Assembly: GCF_001194135.2 (NCBI RefSeq)
Contig: NC_068983.1
Coordinates: 136,999,248-137,063,247 of the forward strand
DNA: 64,000 nt
DNA from: Octopus bimaculoides
Lineage: Eukaryota
Direction: 5' to 3'
Shown: in pieces, positions 1 through 51,279 of the stretch
How positions within the stretch are numbered: the stretch's first letter is position 1
How the letters are laid out: each line of letters begins with the position of its first letter
The notes under the pieces: model-generated
Told to the model about the DNA's origin: nothing
Databases searched by the model: none
What the model saw: the letters and a program-made list of their open reading frames with translations, nothing else
Made by a program: the position numbers and the translations under genes

Positions 1-89
1 TTTAGGAGAAAATGTACTTGTCTCTTTTCCTTCGTTGTACCTAAATGATTTTAGCTATTCACCAGTATGTTGTCAATGTGGGGTGGTAG

Positions 90-2998
90 CCACTTTCCAT
101 TGAAAGTAGCAAAGAACCTAAAAACAGTAAAACCAACAGCAGTAACAAGAAGATGTCTAACATCAGTAAGGAAACCAATGACAATAATAGAACAATCAAC
201 AGTAGCTATAGGGGCAACTTCAACAGCACTAGTGCCAGCAGCTGCAACAACAATAATATAAACAACAACAACAGTAATAGCTAGCAGCTGCTGCCACCAC
301 AAAACAGCAACTTAAACAACAGTAACATAATCTATAAGGACAGCATCAACAACAGGAATAATGACAAATCCATAAAGGTAAAAACATCCTTTGTGTATGT
401 AACAGATCAATGAATTTCTCATCCTCTGGAATGTAATGTAGATGCTGTTGAACATATAAAAATGATATTGTTGCTCTGGAGTCATGTCATGTTCAGTAAA
501 GGAGATGGTGTGTATGGAAAAAGAGAAACATTATTTACAAGTGCATCAGTTGCTCAAAAAGGAAGCTATGATATCCATCTTCAGACAAAATTAAGAAATA
601 TCATGTCTGGAAGGAGAGGGGGGGGCCTTCCATAGTATACATTACCCAAGGAAAGCAACACGGGACTCTAGTAGCTATCTGCAACAGTAAACAGGAAGCT
701 TGTACGATGGCTACAATAGCCTGTACCTCTCAGGAGTCTCAGGACCAAAGTTACAAGATGTCCCATAGGACATCCTTGTAGATACCAGGCCAGAGTAATG
801 GCCATGCTTGAAGACTTTTATTTCAGAGAGTGTAAGCAAATGTAGGTGGTCTTGGAGGGTAGAAAACCCTAACATTATATGTGTGGCAAAACAGATCACC
901 TGGAAGCTTTCTCTTCACCTGTAAATAGGTCAAAAGTGGTGTGTCACTCTGCGCTGCTGCTCCCAATGCCAGATCTGCAGCAATCACAAAGAGGACTGTA
1001 GTGGCAACTACAAAAGTAACAAAATATGTTTCTACTTAGAGAAAGGTGCAGGCACTCATCCCTTGTCACTACCATCATGACCAACAGCAATAAACAACAC
1101 AGAAGAAATCAAATACAAATCCAGCTGAGCCCCTGGATGTAGATGCAGCTTTGGATGACACAAAATCTCCCAAATAGGCAACTGTTGTGCAACCTTCAGA
1201 AAGGATAAAAAGGGGTGGCTGGTGAATATACTGACTTAAGACCCAAATCCCAAAAGTTTGTGATCACCAAACTCAATAACTCTGAAAAAGGTGCACTCAG
1301 TTACTTAACTGAGGTGACAAGTCAACAATCACAAGAACACACAACAAGGAACAAACCAACAATACCAATGCCAAGGACAACTGTGAGAGATCAGCAACAA
1401 AAGAAGCAAAACCAAAAGCAACCAAGATGACAAGAACCATTCCAGTCATAAGAAATGGAAAGAACATTTACAGCAATCTCTCACAGATGAGCTTCTCAAC
1501 TACACAGTTCTCCAAAAGGAGAACAAAGAGTTAATGAAGTTTGTAGACTCCAACAAAAACAAAATTTTAATAATAGATAAGGGTCTTGATACTCTCACTA
1601 TTTCCAAAACTTTGCAAGGAAGAGTTCTGGTAATAGCTTCTTCAACAATGTATCATATTTTGAGGCAATGTTTCCCACATGATGCTGGAAGATTTAAAAA
1701 CTCCTCTCTCCTGTATATTTTGGTGCTAGAGAGTTTAAGGGGTATCTCACTGTAACTGGGTCACAGGAGAGTCCTGTCTGCATATGTGGATGACATCACT
1801 GTCATGGTGTCTGACATTTCAGATGTAGAAGTAATCAACACAAACTGGGAGAATACCAGGTATGTACAGGAGCACACATAAACCAAGACAAATCTTGCAA
1901 CTAAGCATTTGGTGAGGCCAGTCTGTGTTGACCAGTAGTGATTTCTGTTGCTTAACTGAGGGCTCAAGGGAAAGTGTATAGAATCTGGTTCAGACCAGAC
2001 CTCCAGATGGATAGGAATTGAGAAATGGTAGTGAGCAGAGTAGCCACTCTTACTCAAAAATGGATTGAGAGGAATGTCTTTGAAAGGTCAGGTTGATGTA
2101 GCTAATGCATATGTTGCCTCAGTGTACTATTCTGACCATTGTACTTTGTCTCAAGAAACATCTGGCCAGATTGGAGTGCTTGCTTTTCTATTTCTTATAA
2201 AAGGATCAGGTTCCCCTGGTCAGGAAATCCATCTACTGTCAACACACCTACTCTATGGTGGTCTTGGGATGTCATACTTAATGATGGGCTGGCATGTGCT
2301 GATGCACCTGCAGAAATATGTGGATCACTGTAACGTTGTTGATGTCAGTGAAAACCAAGGAACTTTCCAGTTGGGCAAAGCCATCAGCAGGAAAACAACT
2401 CCAAATTTCTATAAAAGATTAGTTGAAGGTATGAGTGACAATGGTCATGGATTGACTCTGGGTATTGATGAGATCATCCTTCCAGAGGACTTTCTGGTCA
2501 GGGACTTTGGACAACTTTCAAAAGTACTTAGTATTTTGGCAGGTTAGAAGATAGGCACTTTCCTCTCTGGCCATGCTCTCATCAACTTCTTCAAGTTTCG
2601 TTTGAAAAGGAAGATGATAGTAGAGAGGGAGGTGCTGTCTTTTAGTGTGTTTATCAAAAGGTAGATGAGAGTTGCAAGACTGGTGAGTCTGAAAGAGCAT
2701 ATCCTAAGTATGCTTTCCTATTCAGGAGGAAAGATACTGAAGAGAGCACTTTTGATACTTTGGAGATGGCAGAGTAATCTGGGCCTTTTTGTGTGGGAGG
2801 TTTCCCTTGATTCGCCTTAGATGAACTGCTCTGCCATTGGGGATTTTATTTTTCTGAATTCTATTTTCAAATCTTTTGTTATAATTTTGTTGTTGGTTCC
2901 TTTAGATTGATATAATCCCCACCTTTTGTGTTGTTCATCCTTTGCTCTTGTCTTCTATATTTTGGGCCCTTGTGTTTGATAAAAGAAATCATCATCAT
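90..2998 (+). mobile_element. Decayed L1/Tx1-clade LINE (ORF1 remnant with zinc knuckle plus internally deleted ORF2)
   Basis: HYMCGKTDHLEAF knuckle remnant ~866-905; SLLYILVLESL and SAYVDDITV RT motifs ~1700-1810; SLKGQVDVANAYVASV; ends in gataaaagaa(atc)n; boundaries approximate. Confidence 0.75.
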
Positions 2999-3149
2999 TG
3001 ATCCTCAGTGGGGAGGAGGCTTAACATTTGTTGTAGCTTTGAGGGTTCAAGTTGCATGTTGTTCATGTTTAGTGATAATTGGCTAATATGTTGGTTTCTT
3101 GATATGTGTAGTGATTGAATAATTATGATTTCGTGCTATTTAAGGAGAC

Positions 3150-3370
3150 ATGATCTCATTAGAAAATGTTTACAAGATCTCTATTTGTGCAGTCAAACAG
3201 GTTCTGTATGAGGTGATAAGGTTGCATATAGATGATACTTGGTTGTGGGAGATTAGAGAGAAATGAAGGTTGATATCATCTGCATAGGAAAGGGTACTGT
3301 TGTGGGTGTTGGCACATAGGGTATTGGTGGAAGAAGAATGAGAGGTGAAACTGAATTTTATAACTCCACC
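3150..3370 (-). mobile_element. Old LINE RT fragment (CR1/L2-like)
   Basis: Minus strand encodes SYADDINLHF. Confidence 0.55.
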
Positions 3371-3506
3371 AAAAGGTCTAAAGTTGGTTTATATAAAGCT
3401 TTATTATGGAGTTTTCCCATCTAATAGTTTTTTTTTTTTTTAATCATCACCCTTTTTTTTCTTTTATCTTCTATTTTCTTCTTTCATCATTGTGTTCTTT
3501 CTGCAG

Positions 3507-40595
<37,089 letters not shown>

Positions 40596-40709
40596 CTCCC
40601 TAATCTCAAACAGCTGGCTGTAGCAAAAACATATCTCTTGTCAGTGTCAGGTGTTGATCTAGCATATCTCCTCTTCCCATTCTTCCATCCATTCCCAATC
40701 AAGACTTAT

Positions 40710-40790
40710 TAATCATCAATCACCACCACTTTCATCATCATCATCATCATCATTATCACCATCATCAGTATCGTCATCATTGTTATCATT
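40710..40790. repeat. (ATC)n-rich microsatellite just 3' of the SUPT20H stop
   Basis: Direct reading; other microsatellites: (TG)n 6083-6140, 30137-30175, 32875-32909; (TA)n 30647-30700, 32008-32044, 38119-38152, 50968-51018. Confidence 0.9.
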
Positions 40791-43558
40791 ACATTGAACA
40801 ATACAGAAATAATAAAAAGAAAAAAAAAAGAAACACATGACACAAATGAACAAAACAAAAACATTGATGTTGTTTTATGTGAATGAATTTGATAGACTGA
40901 GTTCTTCCTTGCTAAGATCTCATACAACTGCTTGGTTCTATACAACGGCCTTATTGTTGCTGAAGAGACTGTCTGTCTGTGATCTGCAGCCAGTAAACAT
41001 TAGATTTATGTCTGTGTGTGTGGTTGTATGTATTCATATGTTCAAGTGTGTGTGTGTATATGTTTGTATGTGTTTCAATTCTTGTTTTGTGTTTCAAACC
41101 TGTGAGAATCTGAATCAAAGAACATTGTTGAAACTGGTGAACTTTTTACTTCGCTGCCAATGTTTGATTTTTTCTTCTTTAAACCTCATGATATTTGTTT
41201 TTTTTTTCCTTTCTAACTCTTTAATGACCTTTCAATCAATATTGGAGTGGAGGAGGAAGGTGATTTTGAGATTTTAAAAATTTAATCATTATAAGTGTGT
41301 GTGTGTGTATGTATGTATGTATGCATGTATGTTAATGTGTGTATGTGTAATTTGCTCAAAACTGAAAGCATGCGAGAGAGAAGGGCAATAGAGGGAAATA
41401 TATAATTATATTTATGTGTGAGAAAAATGAGATCAGAAAAAAATTGTTTTATAAATTAGAACCTCTCTATTTGCAGTCTGAAGACTTACTGTGTAACTGG
41501 GAACCTTTAAAATATTTGGTGCTAACCCAGATCCTATTTGGTGTGCTTTCTGAATAAGCATCATAGCAGGTTCACTCCTTACTATAAAAGTAAGTTGGTT
41601 ATATAACATGCATACACACACACACACAAAAGGAGAAAAAACAGATTTATGCTATATTTCACTTTAAAGGACTTCAGTTCATATGTGGTCGGGATCCCGT
41701 GTGATAAACCAACTGATGTTGTTTACCACTCCTCAGCTTGGTAAAAAAAAAAAAGAATGGCAGAATATGGTTTTGCTTTATGATTCTGTCACAGGAACTA
41801 TGTCTATATTCCCCACTACCTTTGAGAAATAAACAAGGTATCTTTACAAAAGAATGAATATCAGAGTGGGCCTATACTAGTGTTTAACTGTTGCCAACCA
41901 CTTGCCTCTTGCTACTCTAAGAATTCTGAGAAGAAACAAATGTTGTACTTTTCTATATTCCACTTATAATCTTGTTCCTAATAACACAGTTGATATTGTT
42001 TGTTGTACTAACTATCATGTTCGTGCCAACAAAGGAACATCCTGGGATTTTGATAGAAAGAGGTTCAATACTTCATTCTTTTGATAACAGCTCACTAAAA
42101 TTCCAAGCTCGCTAATTTGCTAAAAAGAAAATTTCAGAATTTTTTTTTTATCACATATCTAAACCAAAAGAGATTGAAACGTGTTCTTCATTTAAGCAAC
42201 CTAGTTGTTTTTTTAATATTCACTTGTATATTTTCTTAATCCCTGTGATCCAACTAATTCATTCCATTCTGCTAGGGTAGTGGGCGGGTAGTAGCTTGGT
42301 TCCTTAGTATAATTCACATTCAAGACCTCAATTTACTACTCAGAATTCCCTACTTTTATTAGAACTCTTCATTACTCATCCAACCCCTTCAGAGGGGTTG
42401 TGAATTTTGTGATGAATATTATGACACCCCTGTCACACTGTGCCATTAACTCTGCGACGACCCATTAGCTTACACTTTGCTGTTACATTCCCACTAATGG
42501 GGCCATCACAGTATCGGTGACTACAAATAATTTTTTCTACTCAAAAGAGGCTCATAACTCTACTGTTTCAAGTAGGATCCTTTTCTTCTATTTTTATTAT
42601 TTCCAAATTGTGCCAACACAGGCCGTCTCTAAGCCTGCCAATTCTAGTGACCATCTTTAACATCTCTATAATTCACTAAAATTTGTTGTTGAGAATTGCA
42701 GTTTTGCTGATTGTTCTCCAATAACTTACATGTATTCCCTTCCCTTTATCTTGGAAAAATTTTTTTGGCTGTCTAGTAAAGAATTTTGTTTCCATACAAA
42801 ATACCCCCTCCAAAGAAAAACCTAAATATATCATATTTCTTTATTTGGAGATATTTCCAGCTGTAGTTGTAGCCATACATAACAAAGATGTATTGATAGT
42901 GGCTCACTGGATACAAGTAACATTCTCAGTTAGGCAATTCTCTATTTGGAAATTCAGTTATTTGTTAACAGTTTAGATAAGTTTGCAGACAGGCTCTCAC
43001 TTAAACAGTAAAAAACACAGCATAACCAAAAGAGAATTGCTTATTTTGTGATTTACTTTGTATGTCTCTTAAATTTTCTGAAGTAAGGGGTGAAGAGGTT
43101 GTTGGTATACATTAACAAATATTAACCATCCCAAGTAAGGTGAAATCTATATGATTGATCATTATAGAATAACTAAATGAAGGATTGCATCTTTTGTGTT
43201 AATTGGTTAAATTCATGCTTTGGTTCACTGGACCAGACAAACTGATTAATCACTCAACATTAAATTTGTATGTAGAACAGTTGGCATTTTAGCTGTACAC
43301 TCTTCCCCTCTAAAGTGGAAAAACAACCAACATGTAGGGAAAGCTAAATGTCTTCAGAGTTATTATACATCAGTAGAGTTTTTAAGTTTATCTTCAAATG
43401 GTATCATGCTCAAACAACTGCAAAACAATTTGATTAAACATTTTCTTTTGCTTTTTTTCCTGTGTGTGCAAGATAGTGAAGGTTTAGTAGAGTAAACCTC
43501 CTTAAGCCACCCATTATTTTTTTGTGTTGGCTCTCACCTCATCAAAACTCGTCTAGAA

Positions 43559-43599
43559 ACAAAAATAACAAACTCACTAAATAAGATTTTAAATTTATT
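43559..43599 (-). terminator. Candidate polyadenylation site of the minus-strand gene
   Basis: Minus-strand AATAAA at 43599-43594 followed ~20 nt later by GU/U-rich gtgagtttgttatttttgtt. Confidence 0.3.
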
Positions 43600-46500
43600 T
43601 TCTTAAAAAAATATTTGAAATTTTGTCCACAAGGATTTCAGANNNNNNNNNNNNNNNNNNNNNNNNNNNNNNNNNNNNNNNNNNNNNNNNNNNNNNNNNN
43701 NNNNNNNNNNNNNNNNNNNNNNNNNNNNNNNNNNNNNNNNNNNNNNNNNNNNNNNNNNNNNNNNNNNNNNNNNNNNNNNNNNNNNNNNNNNNNNNNNNNN
43801 NNNNNNNNNNNNNNNNNNNNNNNNNNNNNNNNNNNNNNNNNNNNNNNNNNNNNNNNNNNNNNNNNNNNNNNNNNNNNNNNNNNNNNNNNNNNNNNNNNNN
43901 NNNNNNNNNNNNNNNNNNNNNNNNNNNNNNNNNNNNNNNNNNNNNNNNNNNNNNNNNNNNNNNNNNNNNNNNNNNNNNNNNNNNNNNNNNNNNNNNNNNN
44001 NNNNNNNNNNNNNNNNNNNNNNNNNNNNNNNNNNNNNNNNNNNNNNNNNNNNNNNNNNNNNNNNNNNNNNNNNNNNNNNNNNNNNNNNNNNNNNNNNNNN
44101 NNNNNNNNNNNNNNNNNNNNNNNNNNNNNNNNNNNNNNNNNNNNNNNNNNNNNNNNNNNNNNNNNNNNNNNNNNNNNNNNNNNNNNNNNNNNNNNNNNNN
44201 NNNNNNNNNNNNNNNNNNNNNNNNNNNNNNNNNNNNNNNNNNNNNNNNNNNNNNNNNNNNNNNNNNNNNNNNNNNNNNNNNNNNNNNNNNNNNNNNNNNN
44301 NNNNNNNNNNNNNNNNNNNNNAAAAAAAAAAAAAAAAAATGAAATTAGGGCTCCATTGACATCTTTTAAGAAGCAGAGTGAGTGTGTTTTATGAATGTCT
44401 AAGAATGATGAACTTTTTAAATGATGCAGATCTGTTTGATGTAAAGAAAAAGAATTACATGGGTTGTTAAAGATGACTAATTAAAGCTTTTAAACTTCAT
44501 TTATCTTTTTTTTTTATCTGTTTACTCTGCTACAGAGAGAGAAATTGGATAGTGTTATATTTACTATAAAAAAATAACAAAAAAAATCTGATTGTCATTG
44601 CAGTTAGACATAAAAGAAAAGTACCTCAGTGAGCAGTCAGCAAAGAAGCAACCAACTATGGGAAGTTGTTTCATCTACCCAATGTAGCAGCAGCAGCCAA
44701 ATCTCCCATAACAAATTCCCTACTATTTTGAAATTGAGAACCATTTATTTTAAAGCAGCATGCTTCCTAACAGTGAAGACCAGATGGGTAGAGCTATAAA
44801 GCTTGTTGGATGTATGAGATATTCCCAAGCATTTGATAGGTGTTCATGGCTTACATATTACAGTGCTCAGACAACAACAGTATTAATATACACAATTCAC
44901 ACTCCTGTACACAAGAGTAAGATTCTGACATGCATTTGGTTCACTATTTCATTGCCCATACAAAATACACTACATAAACATTTAAAAATCCAGTAAGGGT
45001 CAGTAGTTTCATATCCTGTCACCAATATTGTATAGCTCAGCTTTCAGTAATGAGTCTCCTTAGCTGAAAGTAAATGTTACAATATGGTGCATATGATGTA
45101 AGCAGCACCTTTGTAGATTAATTTTAAACTTAGGGACAATGCCACATATTTTGGGGGAAGGATATTGGTTAAATCAGCCCCTAGTACTTCACTGGTACTT
45201 ATTTTGACCTGGAAGGATGAGAAGCAAGGCCAATTTTGCCAGGATTTAAACTTGGGTATAAAGAGGGTCAAAAATACTGGAGTTCACATCACAACCATGT
45301 GTTTTTGAGTTCAGTCCCATTGCACAGCACCTTGAACTTTCTTCTAATAGACAACCAAAGCCTTGTGAGTAAATTTAGTAGATAGAAACTGAAAGATTAT
45401 TGTAAATAAATATATGTCTGTGTGCTGTCCTCTTTGTTAACATCTGCAATTGTTTGTACGAAAGTATGACAGGCAGTATTGTCAAACCTGTCAACAAAAT
45501 GTCCGGCCACTTTGTGCTTTCAAAACCATGTCAAAAAAAGAGATCCCTTACTTGAAAAACAAAGGTTAGGATCAAGAAGGGTATCTGGTTGAAAAACAAT
45601 ACCTCAACATATTCAACCAACCTATGCAGGCATGAAGAAACATGTAAAACAAACAAATCATATTTTGACTACCAATTCATTGGCCAGCAGTTTTAATTTC
45701 AATCTGACTTGTGAGAAAAATTATGAAAGGCTAGGGTCCTAAGTAAACATTTATCTCTCTATTAATGCAATAGAAACCCTCATAGTGGATCACAGAGTCA
45801 GGAAATGGATCAAATTTATGCCAGGACAATTTTTGCATATTAGAAAAAGCAAAACCAATCCCAACAGAATTTGAATTTGGAACACAAAGGAATGTAAATA
45901 AATGTCAGAAGTTTAAACCTGGCACCCTTCTGATTGTGTAATTCCACTGTCCTAAAAGAAATAGATCATTTATAATGAATACCTTATTGATTAATGATAG
46001 GTTCTCGCTTAATTGTTCTATAAAGTTTTCCTCAAAGTGTGGCATAGTGATTTACACACCAGATATGTTATTTCTTTATTCAAGTGTTGGCAGCTGACCA
46101 AAAGCTGTAGGATCGTGGGTTTCAGATTTTGTATCTAGTGCTACACTATCAACAGGCAAAGATACTTATATCATGATGATACAGTTCACCCACTGACAAA
46201 TAGATATTAAGAAGTGACAATTTACAACAGGAGATAAAAGGATTACTGTTTTGATTGACAAATGCTTATTAGTTTATAGTGCTAGGCAAAAATCATAGTA
46301 TAGAGTTGAACCAAGCCCCGTTTTATCTCATTGCAAAAAGAGGAACCATTTCCCAACAGATAAGCTCCAGAACACAACAACACAATAAATCAGCTTCTAT
46401 ATGGTTGCTTGGCTTGATGAAAATAGCCAAGTCTTTCTTAATAAAAACATGCATTAATATAGTCCTTGATGTACTGGGGAAAGAAAAGATAAGACAATCA

Positions 46501-49334
46501 TATTTTTAATAATTAAATAACAATAAGATGGAGTTATATGACAAAGAAAATTAGCGGTGAAGGTAGAAAATACTATGAAATGACAGCAGACAGATAAAAG
46601 ATATTGGATAGCCAGCTCATTGACCAAGAGAGGAAAATCCATTGTAGACATATTTTCTGAATACTCTATTTTTCACATTATTTACATATCTAGATGTCTT
46701 AAAGACTGGGGAAACCTACTTGATTTTCTGGCAAAAAGCAAAAAACAATATTGTACCAATATGCAAGATAAATATTTATCCTTATTAGGTCTAGTTAAGT
46801 GAATCTGAATAGGATTCAAACCCATTATTAAAAGCTAATGAACAACATGTCAATTATACAAGCATTGTCTTTGCTCTGAAATTCAATATGGTGAGTATGG
46901 TGAAACTCAAAAACCTCAAAAGCATGAGGCTCTTTATCATTTAAGCTATAAGGGATTAGTTTGAGGGTTGATTTGGCTGACATTTTAAGTTATGCAGAAT
47001 AAACATTTATTTATAACCTATAGTATTTTCTGAATTATAAATAGGAGTTGTGTTTATGCTTTTCCCATGTGCATTAGGATGTCTATATAATTGATAGAAA
47101 CTTGCAGTGTCTCAACTTACTGCTGCACCTTGGTGCTTTTAATCTGTAAAGATTTCTTACATAGACAGACAAGGCCTCAGATTTATAGAAATAAAATTGC
47201 ATAATATTGATACCTTTTCTGAAGGATATTAGTAAAAGTGAGTACAACCCGAAATCAAATCTGAACTTACCTTTATTGTGCAAGATAGTTCAATAGTGAT
47301 TTTTTTTTTACAATAGCACAAGGCCGCAAATTTGAAGAGATGGGATACAGTTGATTGAATCAACCTCAGTACATGCTAGGTACTTACTTTATCATCCTTA
47401 GAAGGATGAAAGATAAAAGTTAACCCTAGTGAAATTTGAACTCAGAAACATAGTGGGATAAAACACTAAGTTAATTGTAGCTCTGTACCACTTCTGCCAT
47501 TTCATAATTATGGTAAAAGACAAGATTCTTAAATTTAAAAATGGGAGGGAGTAGTTCTTAACGGATTTAGGAACATGGGCAAGAGTTTCGGATATAAAAC
47601 TAAAAATCACAACTGTTTTCATTAAGGTCAGATATATTAAAAAAAAGGTGAAATTGTTTTTAAAGACATTCTTTCACATCAATGTAAGGAAGTCATTAAT
47701 TGACAACTTTTTTTATGAAAAAGTTTTTGAAGGAATTTTTTTCTTCTTTTCAAGAGCATAGCTGCCTTAGGATGACAAAAATTGGTTCCCTTCTCATCAA
47801 AATTTCAGAAATGGCTCTGTAGACATGGTATCAAACCACTAGAACATAGATGATGAATTCAAATTTAACTTCAGGTGTTTAGATGTTTCTAAGAAAGACA
47901 ATTCTATTTGCGTCGACTTAATTGCACCTGTTGTGTATCAGGTACTCAAATCTTTCAAGAAAAGTTACCTGCAGCAGATTAACATTTTATCTTGGATATC
48001 TTCTTCACTTATTTGTTATGGTACCAAACAACTATAAAGGAGATTCAATTGTGCATTTATATCCATGACCAAAGCACTTTAACTTTCCATAGTCCAACCT
48101 AAATAGTTGTAAGGTACTACATGGGGTTTAAATCATTGTTGTAAGGAGTTGTAGCATTATAGAATATAAATTCTCCATTAATAAGACCAGCATCCTGTCC
48201 AGGAGGAGATTTATCTCTCATTTGTTGAACACTATAAACCTGTGTTGAGTAGTGACTTCTCTGCATCTTCCTTGCAATTCAGCTGTATGATTTGGAATTA
48301 AAAATGCCAACAACTATAATCAGGACTCAGTAAAAAAAAAAAAAAAAAAGGGTGAGACTGAATGGGAATGAATTGCTTTTCTTTTTGCTTTTGTCTTATA
48401 AAGGTGTGTACCATCACATAACAGCTGTAAACTATTCAACAGAAGAAAAAACAACTTTTTTCTTCTTTTTTGGTTAATTTTGGACGAAAAAGTGACAAAT
48501 CAGGACAATGATGTTAACCAGGCATTTCATGCTTCAAAATGGCAGGCTGGCACCATTATTGTTATTATTATTAAAGGCATTTAACTCAGTCCATAATTTA
48601 AATCCAAGGTACTAGAGGTACCACTGCAAACATTATTTAATAATGGCATTTTGTACAAGTTATTATTTAGCCTGAAGTGTTCGGGTGTGTTTGTAAGAAA
48701 GGAGGTCTTTTCATCTTTTCTCTTTCCACAATGTTATTTTTGAATAGTTGAGGGACTGGGAAAATTTCTGTAATGGGAAAAAATATATAACAATCACTCC
48801 TTCATTGATGTAATCATTTAAGTATAAGTGAATATGCACAACACAGTTGAAATACAGAACATTGGAAATGGGGGAGAAGAGAAAGAATATTTACAAAAAA
48901 ATTGCATATGAATCAATTAAATAGAATCTTAAAAATAATGGCAGCGTATGTTTCAAAATCTGGTGATATTTTGAAGTCTCATTGCATATTTCAGCAAGTT
49001 TGTTTCATTGCATTGTTAAGTGTGAATCCTCTTTTTTATTGTTTCCCTTCTATTGGAAATAGAAAGCTTTGTGATCCCTACATTTTTCTTTTCCTCTTTT
49101 TTTAAAGAGTTATTTGCATCAGAAAAAAAAAAAGAAAAAGTAGAGAGAGACAGTGGGGGGGGGGGGACCTCAGAAACCATTTTCATTGGCTTGCTTTGAA
49201 AGTATCATATTCTCATCTACACTCTCTTTTTCTTCAACCATTTTGAGACAGTGAAAATATATTTTGGAAGAGGTTCTGCTTTGTTGACTGGAAGGACAGA
49301 GTTTTAAGCAAGCGTAGGCTTTCATTTTACTAGG

Positions 49335-49566
49335 TCATGGCATCAAATGTGGAGTCATAGATACAACCTGTCGTCTGTCGTTACAAGGTACTTGTAGTTT
49401 TGATCCTACGTAACGAGGCTGTGGCGCCGGCCACAATCGTTTTCGTCCACTGGTGCTAGTGGTGTTTGAACCACTATGAGCTTGCTCCAATGTCGGGTCT
49501 GGAGATACTTCATGTCGGCTACCATGCTGACTGGTCGTTTGTCGGAATGACAGAAAATTGGAGTTC
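49335..49566 (-). CDS. Terminal coding exon of an unidentified minus-strand gene (NSNFLSFRQTTSQHG...GRKRLWPAPQPRYVGSKLQVPCND...HLMP*)
   Basis: Pyrimidine tract + tag acceptor at 49568/49567; 76 open codons then TGA; GC and CpG clearly above flanks; followed by a long TE-poor UTR-like tract. Confidence 0.7.
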
Positions 49567-49980
49567 CTATATAAAAAGAAAGCAACAAACTATATTATAT
49601 ATTATCACAAAATAAACACACAATGCATCAATATTGGTAAATTCTTGCTATTTTATCATCTCCAAGAGAATACGGAGGTGTTGCTTTTTTATGAGTTAGT
49701 CTAAAATCACATACATATATGGAAAAATTGCTATTTCGAATGAGAAAACATAAAGGTTAACCACCGCTTAGAACATCATGGTAATCGGTGTATATCCATG
49801 TTCCAATCAAATATTACGTATAATTGTCTTCTGATTTTCATTTGGTATTATATATATATCTGAAGAGTGTATATCCAAGAGCAGAATAAAATAGATTCAG
49901 TTTATCGTTTTATTGTAACATCATAAATTACTTAATCGTTATAAATGTTTCACTAGTGGACATTAATATGTTGTGTGGTC

Positions 49981-50730
49981 ATCAATAGGCAGATGATTGC
50001 ATAATCACCTTGAAACACCAGATCTTCAGAAGAAAATAGTAATTTAGTCCATTGTTATTTACCAGCCTTAGTTGGTTGGCAGTACTAAATGAGAATTGCA
50101 TGGAAATTTAAGAAAATATTCTATATATAGCTGTTAAGAAAAGAGAAGTTATTTTTATTTTATTGGTGAAATAAAGATAGAGAAAGAGGGCAGGTTAATA
50201 GCTGTATTCAGGATGTCTAAGGAAAACAGAAAATTCAACACCTAAACTATTGCAGATCAAAAGTTAGTTATGCAGTTGGTAGTAGATAAAAACAGGTTGA
50301 ACTGTACATACTTGTACACGCACGCTGACACATCCATATACATCTATAACATTTTATTCCCTTACACCCACCAACATATGTATACAGCCATACATCTAAG
50401 CATATCCATCTACACATATACAATAGGTAATGGAAGTCCAAATATGCACCCATGTGCATATATACACAATTCATCTTTATTTCCTCATATAAGACAATGA
50501 TTTATATGTGCACTCCTCCCTCTTTCTCTCTATCTTTACCTCACTAATAAAATAAATATAATAACTTTCTTTTTCTTAATAGCTATATATAGAACATTCT
50601 CTTAAACTTACACAAAGTTCTCATTTAGCACTGCCTACCAACTGAGGTTGGTGAATAACTGGGTTGAATTACTATTTTCTTCTGAAGATCTGGTGTTTCA
50701 AGGTGATTATGCAATCATCTACCTAATGAT
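49981..50730. repeat. Foldback inverted repeat, ~220-bp arms
   Basis: 49981-50200 is the reverse complement of ~50517-50730 (e.g. gcataatcaccttgaaacaccagatcttcagaagaaaatagtaatt exact). Confidence 0.9.
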
Positions 50731-51279
50731 TACTGTACAACACACAAGTATTCACTAGTGAAACACATGTAAAGATTATGAAATTTTAGATGTTAAAGGG
50801 AAGGGTATCCAACTGTAGAAATTAAACAAAATAATATGTATAAACACAGAGTTTGGGAGCAGTGATTTCCAGTGGAAAGTGAGTCAGACAATGATGACCC
50901 AACCACCCTATGCCAGCATGTAAAACTGACATACAATAATGTTACATGCATGAACATACATATTATCATATATATATATATATATATATACATACATACA
51001 TACATACATATGTATATATACAAATGGAGTGGTTGGCGTTAGGAAGGGCATCCAGGTGTAGAAACTCTGCCAAATCAGATTGGAGCCTGGTGTAGCCATC
51101 TGGCTTCACCAGTCCTCAGTCAAATCGTCCAACCCATGCTAGCATGGAAAGCAGATGTTAAACGATGATGATGATGTATACAAACATGTACATCCATACA
51201 CATGGCTATACATACATAAACACAGATATGTAGACATAAATATACATATAGACATNNNNNNNNNNATATATATTATATA

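Noticed and set aside
51-302. 83-aa and 64-aa ORFs at the window start as SUPT20H first exons
   Set aside because: They translate a CAA/CAG-rich repeat with no similarity to the Spt20 N-terminus; the true first exons are probably upstream of the window.
42381-42520. 8-bp hairpin CAACCCCT-TCAG-AGGGGTTG and a following GTGATGA (C-box-like)
   Set aside because: No D box (CTGA) at a suitable distance; a single short hairpin is expected by chance.
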